Below are positions 55,281 through 64,000 of a stretch of DNA of 64,000 nucleotides, piece by piece. Position 1 is the stretch's first letter. Each line of letters begins with the position of its first letter. Under the pieces are notes generated by a model that saw only the letters and a list, made by a program, of their open reading frames with translations, made no database searches and was not told the origin of the DNA. The stretch is from Myxococcota bacterium (GTDB lineage Bacteria > Myxococcota_A > UBA9160 > UBA6930), in assembly GCA_965223415.1 (NCBI GenBank), contig OZ245002.1, forward strand, positions 3,392,001 through 3,456,000, in the 5' to 3' direction. The position numbers and the translations under genes were made by a program.

Positions 55281-57065
55281 CTACAGCGCTTCGTGCCAGC
55301 TTCGCGAGAGGCGCATGGCACAGAGGATCAGCCCGACCATCGAGTAGGTCTGCGGGAAGTTGCCCCAGAGGGTGCCGGTCTCGATGTCGAGATCCTCCGA
55401 GAGCAGGCCCAGGTGGTTCGTGCGGCGGAGCATGTTCTCGAAGAGGTCCCTCGCCTCGTCCGAGCGGCCCAGGGCGCACAGGGCGTCGATGTACCAGAAG
55501 GTGCAGATGTTGAAGGCGGTGCGCGGCTCGCCGAAGTCGTCGGCGGCGTGGTAGCGGAAGAGGTAGGGGCCGCGTCGGAGCTCCGTCTCGATGGCTTGCA
55601 CCGTCCCGACGAAGCGCGGGTCGTCGGCGGGCAGGAAGCCCACGTGCTCGATGAGCAGCAGGCTCGCGTCCAGGTCGTCGCCGTCGAAGCTCTCGACGAA
55701 GCTCCCCCGCACCTCGCTCCAGGCCCGCTCACAGATCGTGCGATGGATGTGATCGGCCTGGTCCCGCCAGTAGCGGGCCCGGTCCGGGCGGACGAGCTTC
55801 GCGGCGATCCTGGCCAGCCGGTCGGTGGCCGCCCAGCACATGAGCGAGGAGAAGGTGTGCACCCGGGCGCGGGTGCGCAGCTCCCACAGCCCCGCGTCCG
55901 GCTGGTCGAAGAGCTTGACCGCCTGCTCGCCGACCCGCTCGAGGCGCTCGAACAGCTTCTCGTCGCCGGGTGCCTGGAGCCGCCGGTCGAAGAACGCCTG
56001 GGTCGCGGCCAGGACGACGCTTCCGTACACGTCGTTCTGGATGTGCTCGTAGGCCTGGTTGCCCACCCGCACCGGTCCGTGGCCGAGGAAGCCGGGCAGG
56101 CTGTCGACCTGCCGCTCGGTCAGGCGCGCCTCCTGGCTGACGCCGTAGACCGGCTGGAGGTGGCCGTCCTCGGAGCTGCGCACCAGGTTCGTGATGTAGC
56201 GGAGGAAGCCCTCCATCGTGCGCGTGGCACCGAGGCGGTTGAGGGCGTCGATGGTGAAGTAGGCGTCGCGCAGCCAGCAGTAGCGGTAGTCCCAGTTGCG
56301 CTCGGTGTCCTCGGCCTCGGGGATCGAGGTGGTGACGGCGGCGACCACCGCCCCGGTCTCCTCGAAGTTGCACAGCTTGAGGGTGATGGCGGCGCGGATC
56401 ACCGCGTCCTGCCAGTCGAAGGGGATGGAGAGGGTCCGGGACCACTCGAACCAGTAGTTCTGGGTCTGCTCGAAGCTCCGCCGCGCGAAGCGGGTGACCG
56501 CCGTCTCGAGGGACTCGTCCGGTCCGAGCACCAGGTCGATGTCCTCCTCGAGCACGAAGGGGCGCTCTTCGAGCACGTAGCTCACCGGCGCGTTGGTCGT
56601 GAGGCGGATCGCCTGGTCCGCCAGCAGGTAGCGGATGTGGTTGCTGCCGTAGGTCGTCTGGGCTGCTCGCGCCGCGTAGTCGACGGCAGGGCGCAGCCGG
56701 ATGCGGATGCGCGGATCGCCCGAGACCCGGCGGATCTGACGCACGAGCATGAGCGGGCGGTACATGCGCTCCCGGTCCCGGTAGCGTGGGGCGAAGTCGG
56801 TGATCTCCACGATGCCGCCGTTGCCGTCGTGGAGCCGCGTCACCAGGATGGCGGTGTTGCGCAGGTAGGCCTGCTCGCTCGACGTGAAGCCCTCGAGCAC
56901 CACCTCGAAGAAGCCGTGGTCCGGCTCGCCCTCGCCGGCCAGCAGGCTCGAGAAGACCGGGTCGCCGTCGAAGCGCGGCAGGCAGCACCACACGTTGCGA
57001 GCCCGGTCGTCGACCAGCGCCGCGAAGCTGCCGTTGCCGAGGATGCCGAGATCGAGCTGGGCCAT
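55281..57065 (-). CDS. GH15 glycoside hydrolase (trehalase/glucoamylase-like)
   Basis: CLPRFD, AAVTTSIPE, RNWDYRYCWLRDA, PDAGLWE, HLGLLSED, GNFPQ. Confidence 0.94.
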   Translation of the reverse strand: MAQLDLGILGNGSFAALVDDRARNVWCCLPRFDGDPVFSSLLAGEGEPDHGFFEVVLEGFTSSEQAYLRNTAILVTRLHDGNGGIVEITDFAPRYRDRERMYRPLMLVRQIRRVSGDPRIRIRLRPAVDYAARAAQTTYGSNHIRYLLADQAIRLTTNAPVSYVLEERPFVLEEDIDLVLGPDESLETAVTRFARRSFEQTQNYWFEWSRTLSIPFDWQDAVIRAAITLKLCNFEETGAVVAAVTTSIPEAEDTERNWDYRYCWLRDAYFTIDALNRLGATRTMEGFLRYITNLVRSSEDGHLQPVYGVSQEARLTERQVDSLPGFLGHGPVRVGNQAYEHIQNDVYGSVVLAATQAFFDRRLQAPGDEKLFERLERVGEQAVKLFDQPDAGLWELRTRARVHTFSSLMCWAATDRLARIAAKLVRPDRARYWRDQADHIHRTICERAWSEVRGSFVESFDGDDLDASLLLIEHVGFLPADDPRFVGTVQAIETELRRGPYLFRYHAADDFGEPRTAFNICTFWYIDALCALGRSDEARDLFENMLRRTNHLGLLSEDLDIETGTLWGNFPQTYSMVGLILCAMRLSRSWHEAL

Positions 57066-57068
57066 GGC

Positions 57069-58643
57069 TCACTCATCGGCCGGTCGGGCCATTGCCTCGA
57101 CCAGGGCGTGGTAGAGGTAGTGCTGCTCCCTGACGCCGTGGAAGAGGCCGGCACCGGGTCCGTCGGCGAAGACCGGAACGTCCTCGCCGCTGTGGGTGCC
57201 GGAGTAGCGCGGCACCAGGGCCTCCTGCAGGTAGCCCGGGGCCGCCGTGTCCACTTCCGACAGGTCCGGGCGCCCCTCCGCGGGCGCGAAGGCCCCGGGC
57301 TCGAGGTGGGGGAAGGTCTTCGGGCCCGCGGGCTGGCGCTCGCTCGCTCCGGTGTTCCCCGGACCGAGCCCGTAGCCGAGGGTGGTGTAGGGCAGGCCGG
57401 CTGCATCCTTCGCCTGCATCGGCTCCGCCGCACCGAAGGGCCGCTCCTTCACCTTGCCGAGGATCGGGTTGCCCCGGGTCACGTAGCCGGCCAGGTGAAG
57501 GGGGTGGCCGTGGTCGGCGGTCACCACGAGCAGCGTGTCCTCGCGACTGGTGCGCTCCTGGGCGACCTGCACCGCCCGGGCGAACTCGACCGTCTCGACC
57601 AGGGCCCGGTGGGCGTTGTTGGCGTGGTGGGCATGGTCGATGCGTCCTCCCTCGACCAGTAGCAGGTAGCCGCTCTCGGATTGGCGCAGCAGGTCGATGG
57701 CCTTGGCGGTCATCTCCGAGAGGGAGGGCTCGCCCCCGGCGTCACCGGCCCGATCCAGCTCGAACTCCATGTGGGCCGGATCGAACAGGCCCAGGAGCTT
57801 GCGCGTGCCGCGGGGGTCCACGGCGGCGAACTGCTCCCGGTTCCAGACGACGCGGCCCCGCGGATACCGCTCCTGCCACTCGGCGACGAGGTCGCGCTCG
57901 TCGAAGCGGGTGCCGGCGAGCTCCGGCTCCTCCGGATCCTTGCCGTTCCGGGGCAGGAACATCGCGCGCCCGCCGCCCAGCACCACGTCGATGCCGTCGC
58001 CATGGGGGAACTCGACGAGCTGGCGGGCGAGGTCCGGGAAGTCGTTCTTGCGGGCCTCGTGCTCGAGCAGAGCGTCGGTCTCCCAATCCCGGTGGGGGGC
58101 GTGGGCGTAGCAGGCGGCCGGCGTCGCGTGGGTGATGCGGGCGGTGGTGACGATGCCCGTGGCCAGGCCGCGAATCTCGGCCTCCTCGAAGAGGGTGGGG
58201 ACGCGGGCCCCGGCGACGCTCTTCCAATCCCCGACCACCACCGCGTCGCTCACGCCCAGCACCCCGGCCTTGGTCTTCACGCCGGACACGATGGCCGTCA
58301 TCGTTCCCGCCGAGTCCGGCACCTGCTGGTTCGTGTTGTAGGTCTTCGCGAGGGCGGTGTGGGGGAAGCGCTCGAACGAGAGCTGGTGCTCCTCGCCGCT
58401 TCCGCCGGCCTCCTGCCCGGCGAAGATGCGGGCGGCGGTGATCGTGCTCATGCCCATGCCGTCGCCCAGGAAGAGGATCACGTTCCTGGCCGGCGGCGTC
58501 GCGCCGATTCGCGAGCGGGCCTGCGCCACCGCCGCACGGCCGGACTGGAACCAGGGGTCGGTCTCCCTCGGGTCCGCGCCCCGGGCGGGCGACGCCAGGA
58601 GCAGCAGCGCGAGTGCCGTCGCCCCTCGTGCGCGGCGACTCAC
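57069..58643 (-). CDS. Secreted alkaline phosphatase
   Basis: FLGDGMG, PDSAGT, THATPA, EGGRIDHAHH, TADH, HSGEDV. Confidence 0.94.
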   Translation of the reverse strand: MSRRARGATALALLLLASPARGADPRETDPWFQSGRAAVAQARSRIGATPPARNVILFLGDGMGMSTITAARIFAGQEAGGSGEEHQLSFERFPHTALAKTYNTNQQVPDSAGTMTAIVSGVKTKAGVLGVSDAVVVGDWKSVAGARVPTLFEEAEIRGLATGIVTTARITHATPAACYAHAPHRDWETDALLEHEARKNDFPDLARQLVEFPHGDGIDVVLGGGRAMFLPRNGKDPEEPELAGTRFDERDLVAEWQERYPRGRVVWNREQFAAVDPRGTRKLLGLFDPAHMEFELDRAGDAGGEPSLSEMTAKAIDLLRQSESGYLLLVEGGRIDHAHHANNAHRALVETVEFARAVQVAQERTSREDTLLVVTADHGHPLHLAGYVTRGNPILGKVKERPFGAAEPMQAKDAAGLPYTTLGYGLGPGNTGASERQPAGPKTFPHLEPGAFAPAEGRPDLSEVDTAAPGYLQEALVPRYSGTHSGEDVPVFADGPGAGLFHGVREQHYLYHALVEAMARPADE

Positions 58644-59338
58644 CGGACGACGAAGCTGGCGAGATCCGCCTCGAGACCCGAGCGCATGCGCTCCACCGTG
58701 TCGGCCCGGAGCCGGCGCTTGGTCTCGGCCAGGGCGTTCGGGTGGAGCTCGGTCAGCCGGTGCGCCTCGGCCACCGCCGTGCTCGCGACCGCGTCGGCGT
58801 CGACCACCCGATCCAGGTAGCCGGCGTCGACGGCGCGGGCCGGATCGTAGATCTCGGCCTGGGCCGTGGCCCGCAGCAGGTGGCGGCGCGAGAGCCGCTC
58901 CTGCGCCAGCTCGACGGCGAAGCGCGGGAGGGTCATGCCGATCGCCACCTCGTTCAGACCGAGCTTGAAGTTGCCCTCGGCGCCGACCCGCAGGTCCGAA
59001 GCCAGCAGGAGGAGCGAGCCCATGGCCAGGGCGTGGCCGGTGCAGCCGGCGACGATCGGGAGCGGGCTCCCCGCCATGCGCGCCAGGAGCTCCGCTCCGC
59101 CACCCACCAGGCTGCGGGCGGCCTCGGGGCCCTCGCGCATCACCGACAGATCGAAGCCCGCGGAAAAGCGCCCGGGCCGCCCGATCAGGGCGACCGCCTT
59201 GGCTCCCTTCTCCGCGCGGTCCAGCGCGGCGTTCAGTGCCTCCAGGGCCGCCGGCGAGACGGCGTTGGCCTTGCCGTCATCGAAGTGCAGGGCCGCCACG
59301 TCGCCGTCCTGCTCGAAACGGAGGATCTCGTCTGCCAT
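58640..59338 (-). CDS. Crotonase / enoyl-CoA hydratase family protein
   Basis: DDGKANA, FSAGFDL, GHALAMG, GLNEVAIG. Confidence 0.92.
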   Translation of the reverse strand: MADEILRFEQDGDVAALHFDDGKANAVSPAALEALNAALDRAEKGAKAVALIGRPGRFSAGFDLSVMREGPEAARSLVGGGAELLARMAGSPLPIVAGCTGHALAMGSLLLLASDLRVGAEGNFKLGLNEVAIGMTLPRFAVELAQERLSRRHLLRATAQAEIYDPARAVDAGYLDRVVDADAVASTAVAEAHRLTELHPNALAETKRRLRADTVERMRSGLEADLASFVVR

Positions 59339-59358
59339 GGCGCGGAAACGTAGCAGGG

Positions 59359-59431
59359 GTGAGACAAGGGGACGTTCCTTTCTGTCTCACGGCAAAGCCG
59401 TGAGACAGAAAGGAACGTCCCCTTGTCTCAC
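59359..59431. repeat. 73-bp palindrome (35-bp arms, AAA loop), REPIN-like family A
   Basis: GTGAGACAAGGGGACGTTCCTTTCTGTCTCACGGC-AAA-reverse complement. Confidence 0.95.
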
Positions 59432-60165
59432 TACAGCCGGAGGCGCTCGTCCCGCTCCTCCACGAAGCCGCGGATCTGGTCCTCGCTGTCCTGGTCGAGG
59501 CCGCTCCAGCGGACCGCCATGCCGATCGGCAGGTTCTTCTTGACCAGGTTGCCCGGCACGTTCGTGGCGACCACCTCTCCCGACACCCGCACGTCGCCTT
59601 CGGGAAGCGGCAGGGTCAGGTGCACGACGGCCTTGGGCATCGACGGCCGCGGGGTGGCCAGGTAGGCGCCTCGCGCCGAGAGGGAGTAGAGCTTGGCCGG
59701 CTTCTCGCGGCCCCCTGCGTGGATCTCGACCGGCCAGTTCGTCGGGACCCGCGGCGCCCGGCGGGTGGCCACCATCGGGCCTCCGCCGGACAGCGAGCGG
59801 TTCATCTGGAAGCGCAGGGTGTTGTCGTCGATGGGGCTCCAGAGCCCGTAGTCGACGGAGGCCCGGCGCAGGCGGCCGCGTTGGTCCGCGTCGGGGCGCT
59901 CCCCGAAGACGACGATCGGCAGGGCCGGCACCCGGTCCGGCTCCACCATGCGGAGGGCTCGCAGGGAGCGCTCCAGGTCGACCACCGCCAGGTCCGGCGG
60001 GATGACCACGCAGCCCACCTGGAAGCGGGGATCCGAGAGCGCCTCGAGCCCCTGGTCCATGGTCTTGGCCCGCACGACGTGGAAGTCCATCTGACGCAGG
60101 CGCAGGGAGAGGGCCTCCATGCTGGTGGAGCCCGAATCGACCAGGAGCAGGGTTCGCCGTTCCAT
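59431..60165 (-). CDS. Pseudo-receiver plus PilZ domain protein
   Basis: N-terminal LLLVD receiver-like region without an evident phospho-Asp; RRAPR and SLSARGAY PilZ motifs, GMAVRW. Confidence 0.75.
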   Translation of the reverse strand: MERRTLLLVDSGSTSMEALSLRLRQMDFHVVRAKTMDQGLEALSDPRFQVGCVVIPPDLAVVDLERSLRALRMVEPDRVPALPIVVFGERPDADQRGRLRRASVDYGLWSPIDDNTLRFQMNRSLSGGGPMVATRRAPRVPTNWPVEIHAGGREKPAKLYSLSARGAYLATPRPSMPKAVVHLTLPLPEGDVRVSGEVVATNVPGNLVKKNLPIGMAVRWSGLDQDSEDQIRGFVEERDERLRL

Positions 60166-60384
60166 CGTGTCCGCCTCGCGTCCAGCCCGCCGTGGAGGGG
60201 CGGACGCATGGACCATCGGCAGGGAGGGTCTTCGGCCGGAGCGCCGCCGCTGCCGGGTGACGGGGGTCACGAAGGGGGACTCACGATATTCTCACGAGAG
60301 CCGATATACTGTAGGCAATTCCCTTCCCTCTCCTCGCCTGGGGAGCCCCGAGGGCCCTCAAGGCAATGTGGAGGACCCCCCAGC

Positions 60385-60924
60385 GTGTCCGATCCCGCCT
60401 CCGATCTGCGCGCCTCCCTGGAGCGCGCTGCCGCCGCCTGCGCCGAGCTGTTCCGCCAGCCTACCCTGGGCGGCCTGGGCCGGGTGCGATCCTGCCGGCT
60501 CGCGGCCTTTCCCGACGAGGGGCTCGTGCCCGGCGACGACATGACCGCCAGCCTGGTCCTGCCCGTCGCGGGCCCGTTCCCCGCCACCGCCGTCCTGAGC
60601 TTCGAGCCCGAGGCGGCCCTCCGCCTGATCCGCAGCGCTTCCGGTCCCAGCGAGGCCGAGCCCCTGGCGCGCTTCACTTCCCTCGGGCGGGCCATGATGG
60701 AGCGCATCCTGGGCGAGTTCGGAAGCGATCCGGCGAGCCTCGGCAGCGTGCACCTGGAGGAAGGCGCCGTCGTCTCGACGCTCCTCGCGACCCACGCCCC
60801 GCCGGACACCGCGCTCCTGTGCGCGGAGCTCGTGCTCGCCGACGAGGACGCAGCGGCGGGCGGCGTGCTCTACCTGCTCGGCGACGCCAAGGGCCTGGCA
60901 TGGCTCGGTGCCGAGGCCGCCTAA
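60385..60924 (+). CDS. CheC/CheX-like fold protein, degenerate (tentative)
   Basis: GTG 60385 after GGAGG; V.GPFPATAVLSFEPEAALRL...GGVLYLL pattern; no E-x-x-N motif. Confidence 0.5.
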   Translation: MSDPASDLRASLERAAAACAELFRQPTLGGLGRVRSCRLAAFPDEGLVPGDDMTASLVLPVAGPFPATAVLSFEPEAALRLIRSASGPSEAEPLARFTSLGRAMMERILGEFGSDPASLGSVHLEEGAVVSTLLATHAPPDTALLCAELVLADEDAAAGGVLYLLGDAKGLAWLGAEAA

Positions 60925-62279
60925 CGAACCTCGGCGCCCAGGAAGGCCTCTCGCCCGCGCCGCAGGATCCACACCACCAGGCCGACGGCCACCACCAGGA
61001 GGCCGAAGGCCAGCCCCCACCAGAGCCCGGGAAGCCCGGCCTCGGTGCGCAGGGCGAGCCAGACGCCGATCGGCAGGGCGAGGACCCAGTAGCCGACGAG
61101 GTTGAAGACCGCGGCGGGCCGGGGGCGCCCCATGCCGCGCAACACGCCGCAGGCGACCGCCTGGGTGCCGTCGAAGATCTGGAAGGCGCCGGCGATGGGG
61201 AGGATCGTGGCGGCCAGGGCGATGACCGCCGCATCCGGCGAGTAGGCCCGCGGCAGCAGCTCGCGCAGCAGCACGAACAGGCAGGCCGAGACCGACATCA
61301 CCGCCGCTCCCATGCCGATCCCCACCCAGGACGCCCGTCCCGCGCGCTCCGGCTCACCGGCACCGATCAGATTGCCCACCCGCACGGCGGCGCCCTGGGC
61401 GATCCCGAGTGGCACCATGAAGGTGAGGGAGGCCAGGTTCATCACGATGGTGTGGGCGGCCAGCGAGGTGGCCCCCAGCCAGCCCGCCACCAGGTTCGAG
61501 CTGCCGAAGGCCCACATCTCGAGGCCCATCTGGAGCGAGATCGGGATGCCCAGGGCGAGCATGTGCCGCAGCCCGGCCGGGTCCCAGGCGCCGCGGCTCC
61601 AGCCCGCCCAGCCGCCCTGGTGGTAGCCGCGGGCCCAGACCAGGCCCACGAGGGCCACGGCCGAAAGGATCCGGGTGATCGACGTCGCGATCCCCGCCCC
61701 CTCGAGGCCGAGGGCCGGCGCGCCCAGGTTCCCGAAGATGAAGACCCAGTTGAAGAAGACGTTCCACAGGTTCGCGATCAGCACGACCCACATCGCCGGC
61801 CGCACCAGCTCGCGCGCCTGCAGGTACTGGCGCAGCGCCGCCGTGCCGAGCAGGAAGGGCACCGCCGGAAGCTGCACGCGGGTGTAGGTGTGGGCCTCCG
61901 CGGCCAGCTCCGGCTGCTGGCCCAGGCCAAGCAGCACGCTGCCCGAGAGCGACCACAGCAGGATCACCCCGATCGACAGAACGCCCGCCAGTACGAGGCC
62001 CTGCTGGAGGGCCAGGCCGGCGCGCTCGCCGTCGCCGGCCCCGTGGGCCTGGCTCACGATCGGGTCGAGGGCGAACAGCACGCCGGTGGCGGCCTGCAGC
62101 GTCGCGAAGATCCAGAAGTTGCCGATCGCCGCCGCCGCCAGAGCGTCCACGCTCACCCGCCCGACCATCAGCGTGTCGACGAAGCCCATCAGCATGTTGC
62201 CGAGGAGCGCCGTCACCACGGGTCCGGCCAGGCGCAGCAGGTGGCGGGCCTCGCGGCCGAGCGTCTCCGGAGGCGTCAT
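60921..62279 (-). CDS. MATE efflux transporter (NorM-like)
   Basis: GFVDTLMVG, DPIVSQAHGA, NWVFIFG, AVRVGNLIG, FQIFDG.Q....GVLRG. Confidence 0.93.
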   Translation of the reverse strand: MTPPETLGREARHLLRLAGPVVTALLGNMLMGFVDTLMVGRVSVDALAAAAIGNFWIFATLQAATGVLFALDPIVSQAHGAGDGERAGLALQQGLVLAGVLSIGVILLWSLSGSVLLGLGQQPELAAEAHTYTRVQLPAVPFLLGTAALRQYLQARELVRPAMWVVLIANLWNVFFNWVFIFGNLGAPALGLEGAGIATSITRILSAVALVGLVWARGYHQGGWAGWSRGAWDPAGLRHMLALGIPISLQMGLEMWAFGSSNLVAGWLGATSLAAHTIVMNLASLTFMVPLGIAQGAAVRVGNLIGAGEPERAGRASWVGIGMGAAVMSVSACLFVLLRELLPRAYSPDAAVIALAATILPIAGAFQIFDGTQAVACGVLRGMGRPRPAAVFNLVGYWVLALPIGVWLALRTEAGLPGLWWGLAFGLLVVAVGLVVWILRRGREAFLGAEVR

Positions 62280-62292
62280 GCGGGGCCTCGGA

Positions 62293-62922
62293 TCAGCGGA
62301 GGTCGATGCCGACCAGCTCCGAGAGGGCAGCCAGGGCCGGCTCCGGGGCGTCGACCTTGATGGTCTGCATGCCCAGGGTCCGGGCGGTCTTGAGGTTGCG
62401 CCCGATGTCGTCCAGGAACACCGCTTCCTCGGGTCGGATATCGAGCGCCCGGCAGGCGTGCTCGTAGATGCGCGGGTCGGGCTTGCGCAGGCCCACCTTC
62501 GCGGACTCCACGACGACGTGGAAGAGGGCGTGGAGCTCGTGGGGGGCATCCGGGTCCGCTTCCTCGTCCACCCAGTTGTTGGTCAGGGCGGCGACCCGCT
62601 TGCCCGCGTCGCGCAGACGCTCGATGGCGCGCAGCATGGCGGGCCGAGGTCCGCACTCGCCGATGCGCCGCATCATCTCTCCGGCCGAGAGCGCGTGGCC
62701 CGCCGCGCGGCACTCGGCCTCGAAGTCCCGCTCGAATACGTCGCGGCCGATCTCGCCTCGCTCCAGCCGCGACCAGGCCCCCCCCGGGCCGCGCTCGACG
62801 ACCAGCCGGTTCACGAAGCCGTCCGGGATGCCGAGGTCCCGCTCGTAGCGGGCGATGGCGTGGAGCGGAGAATCGACCACGACCCCGCCCAGGTCGAAGA
62901 TCACGGCCCGGAGCGTCGACAT
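62293..62922 (-). CDS. HAD-family hydrolase (ACAD10/epoxide hydrolase N-terminal-like)
   Basis: FDLGGV, LTNNW, GLRKPDPRIY, FLDDIGRN. Confidence 0.92.
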   Translation of the reverse strand: MSTLRAVIFDLGGVVVDSPLHAIARYERDLGIPDGFVNRLVVERGPGGAWSRLERGEIGRDVFERDFEAECRAAGHALSAGEMMRRIGECGPRPAMLRAIERLRDAGKRVAALTNNWVDEEADPDAPHELHALFHVVVESAKVGLRKPDPRIYEHACRALDIRPEEAVFLDDIGRNLKTARTLGMQTIKVDAPEPALAALSELVGIDLR

Positions 62923-63027
62923 GGCCGGGCACGGTAGCCCAGGCGGCCGCTCCGGGCCGGGCGTCGTTCCCGTCTGGGGGAAACGACCCAGCTCAATCCG
63001 GGCCTGCGATCCGCCGATGACGTCCCG

Positions 63028-64000
63028 GTGAGTGCAGCCGAGCCGGAGAAGGACGGGACGCCGGAGGGCGCTCCGGCGCCGCGCCGTGCCATCCTGCCGC
63101 GCTTCGGCGACTCCCTGCCCGCGCTGGTCCAGCAATTCGGCCACGGCAAGTGCCTGGGCATGGTCGTGGTCGACGGCTCCGGCCTGGCGCCCATCGAGCG
63201 CACCTACGGCGCCGCTGCCGTCGAGGGGACGCTCGGGAACCTGGGTGCCGTCGTCTGGGAGGTGGCCTCCGGGCTGCTCGATGGCGACGAGGTGGTCGTG
63301 AGCGGCGAGACCGGTCGCTTCGAGGTGGTCGTGGCGTTCTTCCGCGGGGAGGGCGACGGCGGCTTCTACCGCAGCGAGCTGCCGACCCTGGCCCGGGGCA
63401 TCGAGAAGGCGATCGAGCGACAGGGGGTGCGGCTCGTCTACCCGTTCTCGCGGCGGGTCCCGCCCCTCTCGGTCGGCTACGCGGCCGTGCAGCGCAATCC
63501 GTTCCACGGAGCCGAGAGCCAGATCCTCGGAGCCGTGGTCGAGGCCCGGGCCGATGCGGAGCTCAACGCCCGCAACGCTGCGCGCCGCCAGCGTCGCGAC
63601 TTCCAGGGCATGCTCCTGGCGGGCGAGGTCTCGTCGGTCTACGAGCCGATCGTCGACGTCACGAGCAAGACCGTCTACGGCTACGAGGCCCTCGTCCGCG
63701 GCCCGGAGGGCACGCCCTTCCGCAGCCCGCTGGCGCTGTTCGACGCTGCCGCGGACGAGGATCTGGTGTTCGAGCTCGATTGCCTGTGTCGGCGCGCCGG
63801 TCTCGACGGCGCCGTGGGTCTGCCCTCGGGAACGGCCCTCTTCCTGAACGTGCGCCCGACGACGATCCACGATCCCTACTTCACGCCCGAGCAGCTGATC
63901 CACACGCTGCGCCGCAGCAAGCTCCAGCCGAGCGACGTGGTGTTCGAGATCTCCGAGCAGGAATCGATCGAGAGCTTCGACGTGTTCCGCGAGATCCGCG
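63028..64000 (+). CDS. EAL-domain c-di-GMP phosphodiesterase with degenerate GGDEF-like N-terminus (truncated by window)
   Basis: Translated by hand from GTG 63028: ...YEPIVD...GYEALVRGP...ELD.LCR...LFLNV.P...VVFEISE; N-terminal IERTYG...GETGRFEVVV region lacks GGDEF. Confidence 0.88.
   Translation, partial: MSAAEPEKDGTPEGAPAPRRAILPRFGDSLPALVQQFGHGKCLGMVVVDGSGLAPIERTYGAAAVEGTLGNLGAVVWEVASGLLDGDEVVVSGETGRFEVVVAFFRGEGDGGFYRSELPTLARGIEKAIERQGVRLVYPFSRRVPPLSVGYAAVQRNPFHGAESQILGAVVEARADAELNARNAARRQRRDFQGMLLAGEVSSVYEPIVDVTSKTVYGYEALVRGPEGTPFRSPLALFDAAADEDLVFELDCLCRRAGLDGAVGLPSGTALFLNVRPTTIHDPYFTPEQLIHTLRRSKLQPSDVVFEISEQESIESFDVFREIR

Noticed and set aside
36153..58643. Purple acid phosphatase, PI-PLC and alkaline phosphatase as a phosphate-scavenging island
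   Set aside because: They are about 10 kb apart in unrelated operons and I saw no shared Pho-box-like repeat.
59350..59353. GTAG as a REP-terminal tetranucleotide of the 59359 palindrome
   Set aside because: It is offset from the arm and better explained as part of the minus-strand TACGTT -10 box of the crotonase gene.
99..63903. Many long alternative-frame and antisense ORFs (e.g. 99-2459, 21760-24426, 36111-39314, 52023-54866)
   Set aside because: They overlap clear family genes, are Arg/Pro/Gly-rich and motif-free, as expected for shadow ORFs at very high GC.

Overview
A 64-kb, gene-dense, very GC-rich bacterial chromosomal window. Gene content suggests a Myxococcota/deltaproteobacterial organism (inference only). 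I saw no rRNA, tRNA, CRISPR array or prophage. About 55 CDSs cover dusB-ntrB-ntrC, moeA-mobA-dgkA-GH38, lipid catabolism enzymes, transporters, secreted phosphoesterases, an RpoD-family sigma paralogue and a degenerate c-di-GMP signalling cluster. Four signals stand out. (1) A candidate periplasmic thiol/sulfur- or metal-redox module at 14.1-19.3 kb: DUF3179 CxxC protein, a secreted monoheme cytochrome c with 18 Asn-Pro-Cys repeats, a pentaheme lipoprotein, DoxX and MsrPQ. Two of its transcription units share a GTAACC-N16-CGTAG ECF-type promoter. (2) An internally deleted RAYT-like HUH/Y1 transposase remnant inside long imperfect inverted repeats whose GTAG/CTAC ends carry the stop codons of both flanking genes (21.9-22.7 kb). 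(3) Four 68-86 bp perfect or near-perfect REPIN-like palindromes in two families. (4) Recurrent leaderless-promoter geometry and two probable non-canonical starts (CTG, ATT). All family assignments come from motif recognition by eye; no database searches were run.
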